NCBI GenBank assembly: GCA_002269645.1
Contig: NIVC01004326.1
Location: forward strand, 1-50,455
DNA: 50,455 nt
Reading direction: 5' to 3'
From: Macrostomum lignano
Lineage: Eukaryota
Every line of letters starts with the position of its first letter. Within the stretch, counting starts at the first letter, position 1. Under the pieces are notes generated by a model that was not told where the DNA came from, did no database searches, and saw only the letters and a program-made list of their open reading frames with translations. Shown piece by piece: positions 1 to 12,200 of the stretch. The position numbers were made by a program, and so were the translations under genes.

Positions 1-3000
1 CCACTGCACACACTGGCACTCCACTGCATACACTGGCACTCCACTGCATACACTGGCACTCCACTGCATACACTGGCACTCCACTGCATACACTGGCACT
101 CCACTGCATCCACTGGCACTCCACTGCATACACTGGCACTCCACTGCATACACTGGCACTCCAGTGGCACTTCACTGCATACACTGGCACTCCACTGCAT
201 CCACTGGCGCTCCACTGCATCCACTGGCACTCCACTGCATACACTGGCACTCCACTGCATCCAATGGCACTCTACTGCATACACTGCACTCCAGTGGCAC
301 TCCACTGCACATACTGGCACTCCACTACACACACTGGCACTCCACTGCATACACTGGCACTCCACTGCATACACTGGCACTACACTGCATACACTGGCAC
401 TCCACTGCATACACTGGCACTCCACTGCATCCACTGGCACTCCACTGCATACACTGGCACTCCACTGCATACACTGGCACTCCACTGCATACACTGGCAC
501 TCCACTGCATCCACTGGCACTCCACTGCATACACTGGCACTCCACTGCATACACTGGCACTCCACTGCATACACTGGCACTCCAGTGGCACTCCACTGCA
601 TACACTGGCACTCCACTGCATCCACTGGCACTCCACTGCATACACTGGCACTCCACTGCATCCACTGGCACTCCACTGCATACACTGGCACTCCACTGCA
701 TACACTGGCACTCCACTGCATCCAATGGCACTCTACTGCACACACTGGCACTCCACTGCATACACTGGCACTCCACTGCATACACTGGCACTCCACTGCA
801 TCCACTGGCACTCCAGTGGCACTCCACTGCATACACTGGCACTCCACTGCATACACTGGCACTCCACTGCATACACTGGCACTCCACTGCATACACTGGC
901 ACTCCACTGCATACACTGGCACTCCACTGCACACACTGGCACTCCACTGCATACACTGGCACTCCACTGCATACACTGGCACTCCACTGCATACACTGGC
1001 ACTCCACTGCATACACTGGCACTCCACTGCATCCACTGGCACTCCACTGCATACACTGGCACTCCACTGCATACACTGGCACTCCAGTGGCACTTCACTG
1101 CATACACTGGCACTCCACTGCATCCACTGGCGCTCCACTGCATCCACTGGCACTCCACTGCATACACTGGCACTCCACTGCATCCAATGGCACTCTACTG
1201 CATACACTGGCACTCCAGTGGCACTCCACTGCACATACTGGCACTCCACTACACACACTGGCACTCCACTGCATACACTGGCACTCCACTGCATACACTG
1301 GCACTACACTGCATACACTGGCACTCCACTGCATACACTGGCACTCCACTGCATCCACTGGCACTCCACTGCATACACTGGCACTCCACTGCATACACTG
1401 GCACTCCACTGCATACACTGGCACTCCACTGCATCCACTGGCACTCCACTGCATACACTGGCACTCCACTGCATACACTGGCACTCCACTGCATACACTG
1501 GCACTCCAGTGGCACTCCACTGCATACACTGGCACTCCACTGCATCCACTGGCACTCCACTGCATACACTGGCACTCCACTGCATCCACTGGCACTCCAC
1601 TGCATACACTGGCACTCCACTGCATACACTGGCACTCCACTGCATCCAATGGCACTCTACTGCACACACTGGCACTCCACTGCATACACTGGCACTCCAC
1701 TGCATACACTGGCACTCCACTGCATCCACTGGCACTCCAGTGGCACTCCACTGCATACACTGGCACTCCACTGCATACACTGGCACTCCACTGCATACAC
1801 TGGCACTCCACTGCATACACTGGCACTCCACTGCATACACTGGCACTCCACTGCATACACTGGCACTCCACTGCATACACTGGCACTCCACTGCATACAC
1901 TGGCACTCCACTGCATACACTGGCACTCCACTGCATCCACTGGCACTCCACTGCATACACTGGCACTCCACTGCATCCACTGGCACTCCACTGCATACAC
2001 TGGCACTCCACTGCATACACTGGCACTCCACTGCATCCACTGGCACTCCACTGCATACACTGGCACTCCACTGCATACACTGGCACTCCACTGCACACAC
2101 TGGCACTCCACTGCATACACTGGCACTCCACTGCATACACTGGCACTCCACTGCATACACTGGCACTCCACTGCATACACTGGCACTCCACTGCATCCAC
2201 TGGCACTCCACTGCATACACTGGCACTCCACTGCATACACTGGCACTCCAGTGGCACTTCACTGCATACACTGGCACTCCACTGCATCCACTGGCGCTCC
2301 ACTGCATCCACTGGCACTCCACTGCATACACTGGCACTCCACTGCATCCAATGGCACTCTACTGCATACACTGGCACTCCAGTGGCACTCCACTGCACAT
2401 ACTGGCACTCCACTACACACACTGGCACTCCACTGCATACACTGGCACTCCACTGCATACACTGGCACTACACTGCATACACTGGCACTCCACTGCATAC
2501 ACTGGCACTCCACTGCATCCACTGGCACTCCACTGCATACACTGGCACTCCACTGCATACACTGGCACTCCACTGCATACACTGGCACTCCACTGCATCC
2601 ACTGGCACTCCACTGCATACACTGGCACTCCACTGCATACACTGGCACTCCACTGCATACACTGGCACTCCAGTGGCACTCCACTGCATACACTGGCACT
2701 CCACTGCATCCACTGGCACTCCACTGCATACACTGGCACTCCACTGCATCCACTGGCACTCCACTGCATACACTGGCACTCCACTGCATACACTGGCACT
2801 CCACTGCATCCAATGGCACTCTACTGCACAAACTGGCACTCCACTGCATACACTGGCACTCCACTGCATACACTGGCACTCCACTGCATACACTGGCACT
2901 CCACTGCATACACTGGCACTCCACTGCATACACTGGCACTCCACTGCATACACTGGCACTCCAGTGGCACTTCACTGCATACACTGGCACTCCACTGCAT

Positions 3001-3563
3001 CCACTGGCGCTCCACTGCATCCACTGGCACTCCACTGCATACACTGGCACTCCACTGCATCCACTGGCACTCCACTGCATACACTGGCACTCCACTGCAT
3101 ACACTGGCACTCCACTGCATACACTGGCACTCCAGTGGCACTCCACTGCATACACTGGCACTCCACTGCATCCACTGGCACTCCACTGCATACACTGGCA
3201 CTCCACTGCATACACTGGCACTCCACTGCATACACTGGCACTACACTGCATACACTGGCACTCCACTGCATACACTGGCACTCCACTGCATACACTGGCA
3301 CTCCACTGCATACACTGGCACTCCACTGCATCCACTGGCACTGCACTGCATACACTGGCACTCCACTGCATACACTGGCACTTCACTGCATACACTGGCA
3401 CTCCACTGCATCCACTGGCACTCCAGTGGCACTCCACTGCATCACTGGCACTCCACTGCATCCACTGTCACTCCACTGCAAACACTGTCACTCCAGTGCA
3501 TACACTGGCACTCCACTGCATACACTGGCACTCCACTGCAAACACTGGCACTCCAGTGGCACT
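1..3563. repeat. 20-bp minisatellite/satellite array (CCACTGCATACACTGGCACT) with higher-order structure; runs off the left edge
   Basis: Direct reading shows about 175 units. Recurrent variants are CATCC/CATAC, an 11-bp short unit CCAGTGGCACT, and CCAATGGCACTCTACTG. The array ends about 75 nt before the splice acceptor at 3637-3638, so it is probably intronic. Confidence 0.98.
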
Positions 3564-3638
3564 GTGACATCTCTATCGATACTGCACAACCTCATGACTG
3601 GCAGTCAGCCTATCGCTAATCCGTTGCACCCGTTGCAG

Positions 3639-3812
3639 ATTCAGGTGAAAACCTGGCTAGGCGACAGATCGGACACTGAGCTGCGCGACCTCCTGCCCTA
3701 CATGGAAGAGCTTGCCAAGGCCCAGTCCGTGTCTACCTACCTGCGCGAGCATCCGCCACCGTCCCACTCTCTGCTGAACTTTGGCCACATTTTGCACCTG
3801 CACGATCACTGA
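3639..3812 (+). CDS. Terminal coding exon of a small CTD phosphatase-like (SCP/CTDSP, FCP1/NIF HAD family) gene; 5' part outside the window
   Basis: Acceptor TTGCAG| at 3638 and GC-rich codons. The peptide IQVKTWLGDRSDTELRDLLPYMEELAKAQSVSTYL resembles the recalled CTDSP C-terminal motif (xPVxSWFDxxSDTELxDLLPFFExL). TGA at 3810-3812; possible ATTAAA at 3921-3926. Confidence 0.7.
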   Translation: MQVKTWLGDRSDTELRDLLPYMEELAKAQSVSTYLREHPPPSHSLLNFGHILHLHDH

Positions 3813-5799
3813 GCATAAAATTACAGGCCCCTTGGGCCGCTGCTGGTGGCGATATCCTGAAAGCAACAAATCTAGAGAAAAAGACTGCGTAGGCCTTGTC
3901 GTCAGGAGGTGACAATTTTCATTAAACCGTTAATTCATTCATCGATATTGTCTCTACCTTTTCTTCCACAAAGTGACGCCGCGTTCAACTGATACTGCTA
4001 ATTAGCACCGTGTCTTGCACTGCGGCGCGCTATTCTCTGTGCTCATATCTGTTTAAATATTTGGTGTTATTTTGCAACCCGCCCCCCCCCTCGCATTGTT
4101 ATTATCCACTTGGTTAGGCGGCAAATTGTCAGTTTATGCCAGTTCTGTAATTGTTCCGAGTACCACTGGTCAAAACTATAAATTTCGTATCCTTGCAAAT
4201 TTCTTAGACTATTAACAGAACTGTAGAGAGCGGAATAGTTTTGAATTGTCGAATTAGATGATGCTTGAGTGAAGTTGAACTGATTCACTTTTGTATCGGT
4301 GCTAATCTTAATTTCCTTAATTCTGTAGTTGCTACCCGGATCGATGACTCGTCAGAGTTGATTATTGATGTGTATATCAGCTCTGTCATTAATGTCTCTA
4401 AGCCTTTGCCATGTGTGCATAGCTAGCCAATATTTATGTCCGTACACAATTTGCTCCGACATTGTCTCGCTTACATCTCGCTTCTAGCTGTCTGTCGGGT
4501 TTCTGTCCTTGCCTACAATATGAAAATATATATGTAGGCATGTGTGTGTGCTATGTGTTGAAGCCATGTTTGTCCATTGTCTCATTTTTTGTTTGTTTAA
4601 AATCGCCTCAACTGCTGATTTTAGTCGCATGCGGTTTCCCGCATCAGTTTAATTGGACTCCGTTAATCTGGGCCTAATAGAGAGGGGGAATCCTCTGTTT
4701 TTTGGACTGCGTTTTCCTTATCACATTTGTTGCTGTGCTAATCTGATTTTCTACATATATACAATAGTCATATTCATATAGAATTGCTATATTATATCTC
4801 TATTTGCCTAGTACATGAAAATTGTTGGCCTTAATTATTGCTCCTAACGATTATTCGAGACTTTAATTGTACTCTAGTCAGTCTCTGTTATACAGCCGCG
4901 TGCGATTGGAGATTCAGAAATTCGCCGAATAGTTTTTTGTCCGAATATATCGCACCTTTTCGTATCTATTTTTTGGTTGCCTTCGCAGTTGGCCTCGCAA
5001 CTAGTTGCTTACGAGCTATTATATGTTCTATGCAGGAATTGTACATAATACATCTTTTTGATTTCCCGCTACTTACCCTGCCACACCTGCTTTATCGAGC
5101 AGTCCGTACTATTTTTTTCTAATAAGATTCACCGTCAATTTTTGAATTAAAATTTTGAAGACGTAATTACTAAAATTCTCCAACACTTGCGGAATCGCTT
5201 TTCAAAGCCTTAGTAATTTGTCCTAATACTACTGCTTGTACGAGTACGCTATATGCTTGTAATAAATCAAACTAAAGAAGTCTTATTTAGTCAAGGGCAT
5301 AGTAAGTCATGCTTTCATCATTTCACAGGCCGTTCCAGTCAATTTGCCGGCGGGCTTTTAAAGCTGCAAACATGTAGTTTAGCATGAAGTCTTAAAAAAA
5401 CTTAAAAACTAAAACAAAGTGCGTACACGTGACATGCATAAAATTGGTGAACTAACCGTTATGGCGTTTAGATGTACATGAGGATGCATAGCGGGCTTTC
5501 CTTGAAAGTATAATTAAACAATGAGTAACAAACGATTAATTTTAGACTTTTACGTTAAATCAGAAAGAACATCGCTACATTATCTTAATAGTGTCTTTAA
5601 AAAAACATAACTTATTATTACTCAGTCTTTTTGTGCTTTTAGGATTCTAGTAAAAGTTAGCACCTGAAAACCAGAAAACATGATGCAACCAGAGATTTTG
5701 TTTTTGCTTGATTAAATATTTGCAATTTGCATATCATTGACAACGTCATTAAAACATTTGAGCATTGAATTAAATCGGCAGCGTAGGCCGTAAACCGCA

Positions 5800-5816
5800 A
5801 TGTCCAGCAGAGATAG
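5800..5816 (+). CDS. DDX46: DDX46 candidate start exon, copy 1 (MSSRD-R)
   Basis: ATGTCCAGCAGAGATAG|GTAAGC has a strong donor. Its phase 2 matches the acceptor at 11446 and gives [14 protein letters not shown]. Confidence 0.7.
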
Positions 5817-6246
5817 GTAAGCTTTAAAATAAGTATTTGTTGTACATAGAACATATTTGTGACATATTAGACTAGGCTAGGCCTATAATGAAAGTATAAT
5901 ATTATACAATGAGTAACAAACGATTAATTTTAGACTTTTACGTTAAATCAGAAAGAACATCGCTCCATTATCTTAATAGTGTCTTAAAAAAACATAAATA
6001 ACTTATTATTACTCAGTCTTTTTGCGCTTTTAGGATTCTAGTAAAAGTTAGCGCCTGAAACCATTAGAGCCAACAGATTCACATTTTTTGTTATGACGTG
6101 ACGATTACGATGCTTTAAAATTCAAATATGATGCAACCAGAGATTTTGTTTTTGCTTGATAAATATTTGCAATTTGCATATCATTGACAACGTCATTAGA
6201 ACATTTGAGCATTGAATTAAATCGGCAGCGTAGGCCGTAAACCACA

Positions 6247-6263
6247 ATGTCCAGCAGAGATAG
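6247..6263 (+). CDS. DDX46: DDX46 candidate start exon, copy 2 (identical coding sequence)
   Basis: Identical ATGTCCAGCAGAGATAG|GTAAGC in the second duplicate; also phase 2. Confidence 0.7.
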
Positions 6264-9200
6264 GTAAGCTTTAAAATAAGTATTTGTTGTACATAGAACA
6301 TATTTGTGACATATTAGACTAGGCTAGGCCTATAATCCATTTTAATTAGGCCTTACTAGGCCTAAAATAATATCTTACAACATTAAAATTTTAATATTCC
6401 ATTTTTATGTGAGTAGTGTAAGTTAGAGTGTTGGCAGCATTAATATTTTGGTATCAGGCGCGAGTAGAATTCCAATTTTTATAGGCATAGGAGACTAGGA
6501 GTGACTGGGTCTAGAATTTTATATGTTTTTCTCTTTTAGTCTCCTCTTCTCTTTGCTCTCTCTATAGCTCTACCCCATTCCCCTCTTCTCTCTTTTTATC
6601 TTATATATTTTCTTTCTCATTTTATATCTTGCCTCTCCTCTTTTCTCTAATCTTCTATTCTTTTTCCTTTCTACTTTTCAATAGGCTTGCAATAGAGTCC
6701 CAATATCAATGAGCCTAGATTTTTGTTTGAGCCAAGCTTAAATTGGGTAGTAAAAGTAGCAACAAATTTTGAGTGGTTAAGTCAAGCTTGAGTAGCTAGT
6801 TGGTAATTGGCTAATATTATATTATATATATATAATATATAATATATAATATTATATTACAAGCTATTGAAACCCGTCAATTTTGAACCCAGGGAATTCC
6901 GATTCCCAGAAATATTTGTGTATGTGCTCTGAGATCTGAGGCCATACTCAAACAAAAACTTTTTAATAGTTAGTAAGATAGAGATAAACAAAATAGAGTA
7001 CATTCGTGTAAAATTTGGATTTGAGACAAACATTGATATTGTTTGCTGGGGTGCTTTTTACGTTAAATAGGCAATTAATGTCTGTTTGACTCTAAAATAT
7101 GTATTGGCAAACTCTGGCCTCTGCCTCTGACTCTCCCTATGTCCCTTGGATCCTTTGAAACTTCTATTTTCTTTTCTGTTTCCTCTCTTCTCTCTTGTCC
7201 CTTGTCTCTCCTCTTTGCTCTCTTTCCTTTCCTTTCTTCTCTTTTTCATCTCTCTTCTCTCATCTTTTTTTGCTCTCTGATCTCTCTTTTCTTTTTTGTC
7301 TCTTCTCATTTATTTCTTTTCATTTCTCTTTGCTTCCTTCTCTCTCTCTGCTTCCCCCTCTCTCTTTGCTTCCCCGCTCTCTCTCATCTCCTCTCCCATC
7401 TTTCTTTTCCTCTCTACTCTCTCCCCTCCATTCTCCTCTTTTCTCTCCTTTCGCCTTACTCACTTCTCTCTCCCTTAGTCTCTCCTCTCGTCTCTGTAAT
7501 CTCTTCTCTCTTATATCTCCTCTGTTCTCTTTATTCTCCCATCTCTCATCTTTTCATTTTTGTCTCTGCTCTCAGCTCATCTCCCCTCTTTCATCTGTCA
7601 TCTTTACTGTCTTTTATGCTGTCTTATTCTGTCCTCTGTACTCTTTTCTTTCACCTCTTCTCTTCTCTTCCCTCTTCTATATATTTTCTCCTTCTCTTGT
7701 CTTGTCTCTTCTCTCTCCACTCTCCTCCTTTATCTCTCATCTCTCATTTCTCATCTCTCTTTTCTCATCTTTACTAACTCTTCTCTCTGCTCTCCTCTCA
7801 ACTGCAGCTCTGCTCTCTCTTCTCTATTTGCTCCTCTACACTCTCCTCTCCACTTGCTACTCTACTCTCTACTCTCTCCTCTCTACTTGCTCCTCTACTT
7901 GCTTTTCTACTCTTTCCTCTCTACTCACTCCTCTACTCTCCTCTCTACTCGCTCCTCTACTCTCTACTCGCTCCTCTATTCACTCCTCTACTCTGCTCGC
8001 TCCTCTACTTGCTCCTCTACTCACTCCTCTACTCTCTCCTCTCTACTCTCTCCTCTCATCATCCTCACTCCCTCATCTCTCCTATTATCTTTTATCTTTT
8101 CCCTTATTCCCTCTCTCACCTTTCCTCTCTTTTTGAATAGTCTATTCCTTCTTCTCTCCACTCTCAACTGCCCCTCAGCCATGAGCTGGATTCTTTATCT
8201 GGCCTTTGATGTAAAAGTCTGCCCATTCCTGCTTAGAAAGCCAATTTGTTGGACATAGTACTCTCATGGCTGTTCTTATGCTTTGATCATGTTATCTTTC
8301 TTGCCAATTTGCAAGGCCTGAAAAGAATTTGTGTATCTTCAACTCCACTGTAGTCTGCATCAGTCTTATTGTAACAACCAAGGAAATATGCATTTCTTAG
8401 GAGGCCATTTAAATTTTAAAGTACCTTTAAGAGAAACCTTAAATTTCCATGGTGTGACTAATTTAGTAGGGTTGCATATTGTAATGCTTTGCATAACTTT
8501 GTCATAAATCTTTTGCTTTTACAAAGGATGCTGGATTGTCTTGTTTGCCAATTGCCATCCACCATTAAAATGCTGCAGAGTTTGCCTATACAGAGGGCAG
8601 TGGTTAGAATTTCTCACTAAGCTGTCATTCATGGCTAAATGTAGCCTCTCCACTCTCAGGGTGCAGAGAAGGCTTTAAAAAAGTTATTCCAAAACACTGT
8701 ACATTGCCATGTACATTAAGCCCTATCGCCTTACCCTTGGTCTGGCTCTGGGGGAATGAGTGAGTTGAGTATACAAACAACAAAAAAGCAGACAAAATTC
8801 TCATGCTAACAGTTTCTGTTCTGATTGAGTTACAGAGTTGAAACTTTACATTTTGACAAAGAATGAGTCAATTAAGAATTGTGTCAAGTTTAAAATCAAT
8901 CGCTTCATGTGGAGCAAACTTATGGCAGCTAAAAGTTAGTCAATTTTGAAACCCTTTTACACATCTAGGCCTAGATCAGGAAAGAGAGGCAGGCGGGCGG
9001 AGGTTGGGATGGCTGCCTTGCTGAAAAAATAGCCTAACTTGAAAAGTGCACAGCACCGCTCAGGATTAACTTTGAGACTCAAAATTTTATATAATTGTGT
9101 CAAAATAGTTTAAGATTGTCTGTGTCAAATTTGAAGAGAATTGGTAGAAGCGGAGTGGCGCTATGGAGGATTTAGTGAAAAAAATTGCACATTTTAAGCA

Positions 9201-12200
9201 GTTTTTTGTACTTTTAGGTAGGAAGACTTGAGTCTAGTGAATTTAAAAGTAGCCTAAGACATTCTCCATAGTAAGTTTAGGGTGGGTGTAAAGTTTGGTG
9301 TAATTTGGTTGAGCGGTTTCATACATGCGCAACAGTCGGCCGAGTCGGCCGATCCGGCCGACCGATTTGGCGGCCAACCAAGGAAGTCGCAAAAATGCCC
9401 ACCCGAAAAAGTAACCAAGTAGTAGTGCTAAGTAGCTGACGAGGCATTTTGGCTTAATAAGACAGTCATAGTTACTCCTGCCGTTTACCCAAAGTTGCGT
9501 TTATTTGCTTTAGGGTTTTTTTACATGTAAGTCGCATTTTTGGCCAAAAACTACGTCGCATTTTTGTTAAAACTAAGTCGCATGGCCGACCGAATTTCGG
9601 AGGTTGCGCATGTATGAGCGGTTTGGGAGTCCATAGCAATCAAAATTGTACACACATAGACAGAGTTTTGATTTTTATGTGTAGAGATGATTGAAAATAA
9701 AGAAGTTAGCCCTACACCTAAGCAATAAATAACCTTAGGCCTAGTCAAAAAGCCAGTATAGTATAGTATAGCATAGCATATACCATAGTCTGATCATGTT
9801 GATGGTGGGTGAACACTCAAACAAAAATTGTAGAATTACAAATGTATGCTAGAAAAACAAGTTTAATATATATTTGCATTCTCTAGTATTGTAACGATAA
9901 ATCCATACTCTGGATCATGTAGTATATGCCCAAAAATTCAGGTGTGCATTGGCCTTATATGCCAAAAGTAGGCATGCACAGTTGGCGCACATCACTCCTA
10001 AGAAAATAGTGTATGTGCACATCTGGCATGCACTTTATAGAATCACATGAAAGAGTTATTGTGAAATAGAAAAAAAATAAAATAATCATTTTTGAGCATA
10101 AATTTCAAGCATTCTAGATTTTTTAAGCTCATAATAAAGCATTTAAACTAATCTTTGTATGTATCAATTTTCTACTGTAAGTATTATTGCCAAAAAGCAG
10201 AAAAATTAACCAACTTAACTGCCAAAAGGGTCTATTATGCAATTCAAAAAAGGTCATTTATTGTCACAATGTAAAATAGGTCATTTATTGTTGCAGCACT
10301 GGCGCAGTTTTGAAAATAGGCATGCACTCATTTTTTAGATTTTATATTAATGTACCCCAGGTTAAATGCCATAAAAAATGACGAGACCTCATTTGTACAC
10401 TGGGTTTGTGCGCCATTATATAAAAAAATTGTCATTTGACACTATGTATAGACCACTGTGTCATGTATGCCAGGATATACCCTGATGTAGGCTGAAAAAT
10501 GGCAAGACCCTTGTTATATGCCTGGAATCCCAGTGTATATGTCACCTTCCAAACTTGGTATATGCAAGGCCAATCAATGCATGCCCAATTTTTTGGGCAT
10601 ATACTACACAATCTAGAATGTGGAGCATGTACAAAAATGTTTAGGGAACAATTTTGTGCTACCTAGATCTAGATACCAATTGTGTACTATTTGAAACTTA
10701 AAACTTGATAAAATAGATTAACATGATAGATTATGATAGATTAACAAGAAGGTAAAAATAGTTATTAAGTTATAATAATTTGTGCATAAAACTTAGTTTA
10801 CTATATAGAAAAAGAATTTTGTTTTGCTAGGCCTATAAATATAGTTATAGCCTATGGCAACTATCAAAAAGACATCTATTACATAAAAGTAAAATTTTAT
10901 TTTTTAGTTATTTTATTCTTTGTACACATTCATACATCTTTATGTACTACTAAAAAAACCAAAATTTTGAAATAAGAGACAAATATATAATTAAAAAATA
11001 GAGTAATAAGAAGTTTTGTTTATATCCGGTAAATATTAAAGTTTCTGTTATTTTCAGATATAACTCAGCGGTTGCCAGATGAAGAATCTAGCTCAGTGCT
11101 GCTGTCGGAGCCCAATGAGAGGAAAGGAGAGAGAATTTTGAGAAGAAAATAGAGGAGAGAGCTGACAGATTAGAAAAATGAATGAAAAGAGAAGATGAGA
11201 GGAGAGGAGAGAAGAGAGCTGATAGCTGACAAAAGGCGCAAAGTTTTATGATTAGCGAGTTGGATTGCTGTTGTGAATCTGAAGGACTCGAGGACAGCAT
11301 GTGGCTCGCGGGCCAGAGTTTGCCAGCCCCTGCATTCACTGGTACACATAGGGTACCCCAAAATGACTAACTAGTGTCTGTTAATTGCAAGACTATAAAT
11401 TTTGTATTTACCATACCCTTTTACGTTTCCGTTTACAAAAACGCAGGTACAGAGACCGGGATAGGGACAGGAACCGGGAGCGCGACAGGGACCGGGACCG
11501 GCACAGGCGGCGCCGCTCCGGCAGCCGGGACCGGCACGGCCACTCGTCCGAGCACAAACGGCGGAGCCGAAGTCGCTCGCCGTCGTCGCATCTGCGGCCT
11601 GCTGTACGCGATGGCCTCGCCGCTGTGGCCACAGCCGCCGCCGCTGCCAAAGCCGCTAAAGCAGCGGCGGCCGCGGCAGAGTCGGAGGTGCTGAGAACGG
11701 CGGCCGCTACTCAGCAGCAGCAGCAGTTGCTGCCTCAGCCGCAGCTGCCAAAGCCGCAGCAGGGGCCGCGTCAATCAAAATTCGAGCTCGAAGGCGCCGT
11801 AATCCTTGGCGACGGGCCGATCGATCGGGAGGCCGAGGCGCGCCGGCTCGAGCTGGAGATGCAAAAGAGGCGCGAGCGAATCGAGCGCGAACGGGCCGAG
11901 CGCGAACGGCTTCGAGCCGAGGCGGCCGAGTCGGCGCTGCAGCAGCCGCTCCGCCTGCCGTCCGCCCCGTCAGGGCTGAAGCCGCCGCCGCCATTGCGTC
12001 GTAAACTCGGCGACTCAAACGGTGTCGGAGCCGGCGGCAACGAGGAATCCGGTGACGAGGCCCTGCTGAAGAAGGCCAAGGCAGCCGAGGATGCCGAGGA
12101 CGATGACGTGGACCCGCTAGACGCCTACATGGCCCAGCTGCAGAAAGCTGGCCCGCAAAAGCAGGAGCCAAAGTCTGCAACAGCGGCCCCGCTAGCTAAC

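Larger units (their letters stand above)
5503..6336 (+). repeat. Tandem duplication (copy 1 5503-5888, copy 2 5889-6336) containing the DDX46 start exon
   Basis: Near-identical sequence from TGAAAGTATAAT to AGGCTAGGCCTATAAT occurs twice. Copy 2 has about 65 nt (about 6063-6127) where copy 1 has 7 nt. Confidence 0.95.

Noticed and set aside
164-3619. His/Cys-rich 800-1180 aa ORFs suggesting a metal-binding repeat protein
   Set aside because: All three + frames give the same rotating peptide because the stop-free 20-bp unit cycles frames. Indels are tolerated freely, and the array ends just before a good acceptor.
5291-5328. Micro-exon and GTAAGT...TTTCACAG intron upstream of DDX46
   Set aside because: The intron would be only 27 nt, there is no ATG, and such motifs arise by chance in AT-rich DNA.
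6812-6860. TA-rich quasi-palindrome
   Set aside because: Ordinary degenerate (TA)n microsatellite.
7058-8258. Leu/Ser/Phe-rich and Arg/Lys/Glu-rich ORFs
   Set aside because: These are translations of a CT low-complexity tract that cannot contain stops on the + strand.
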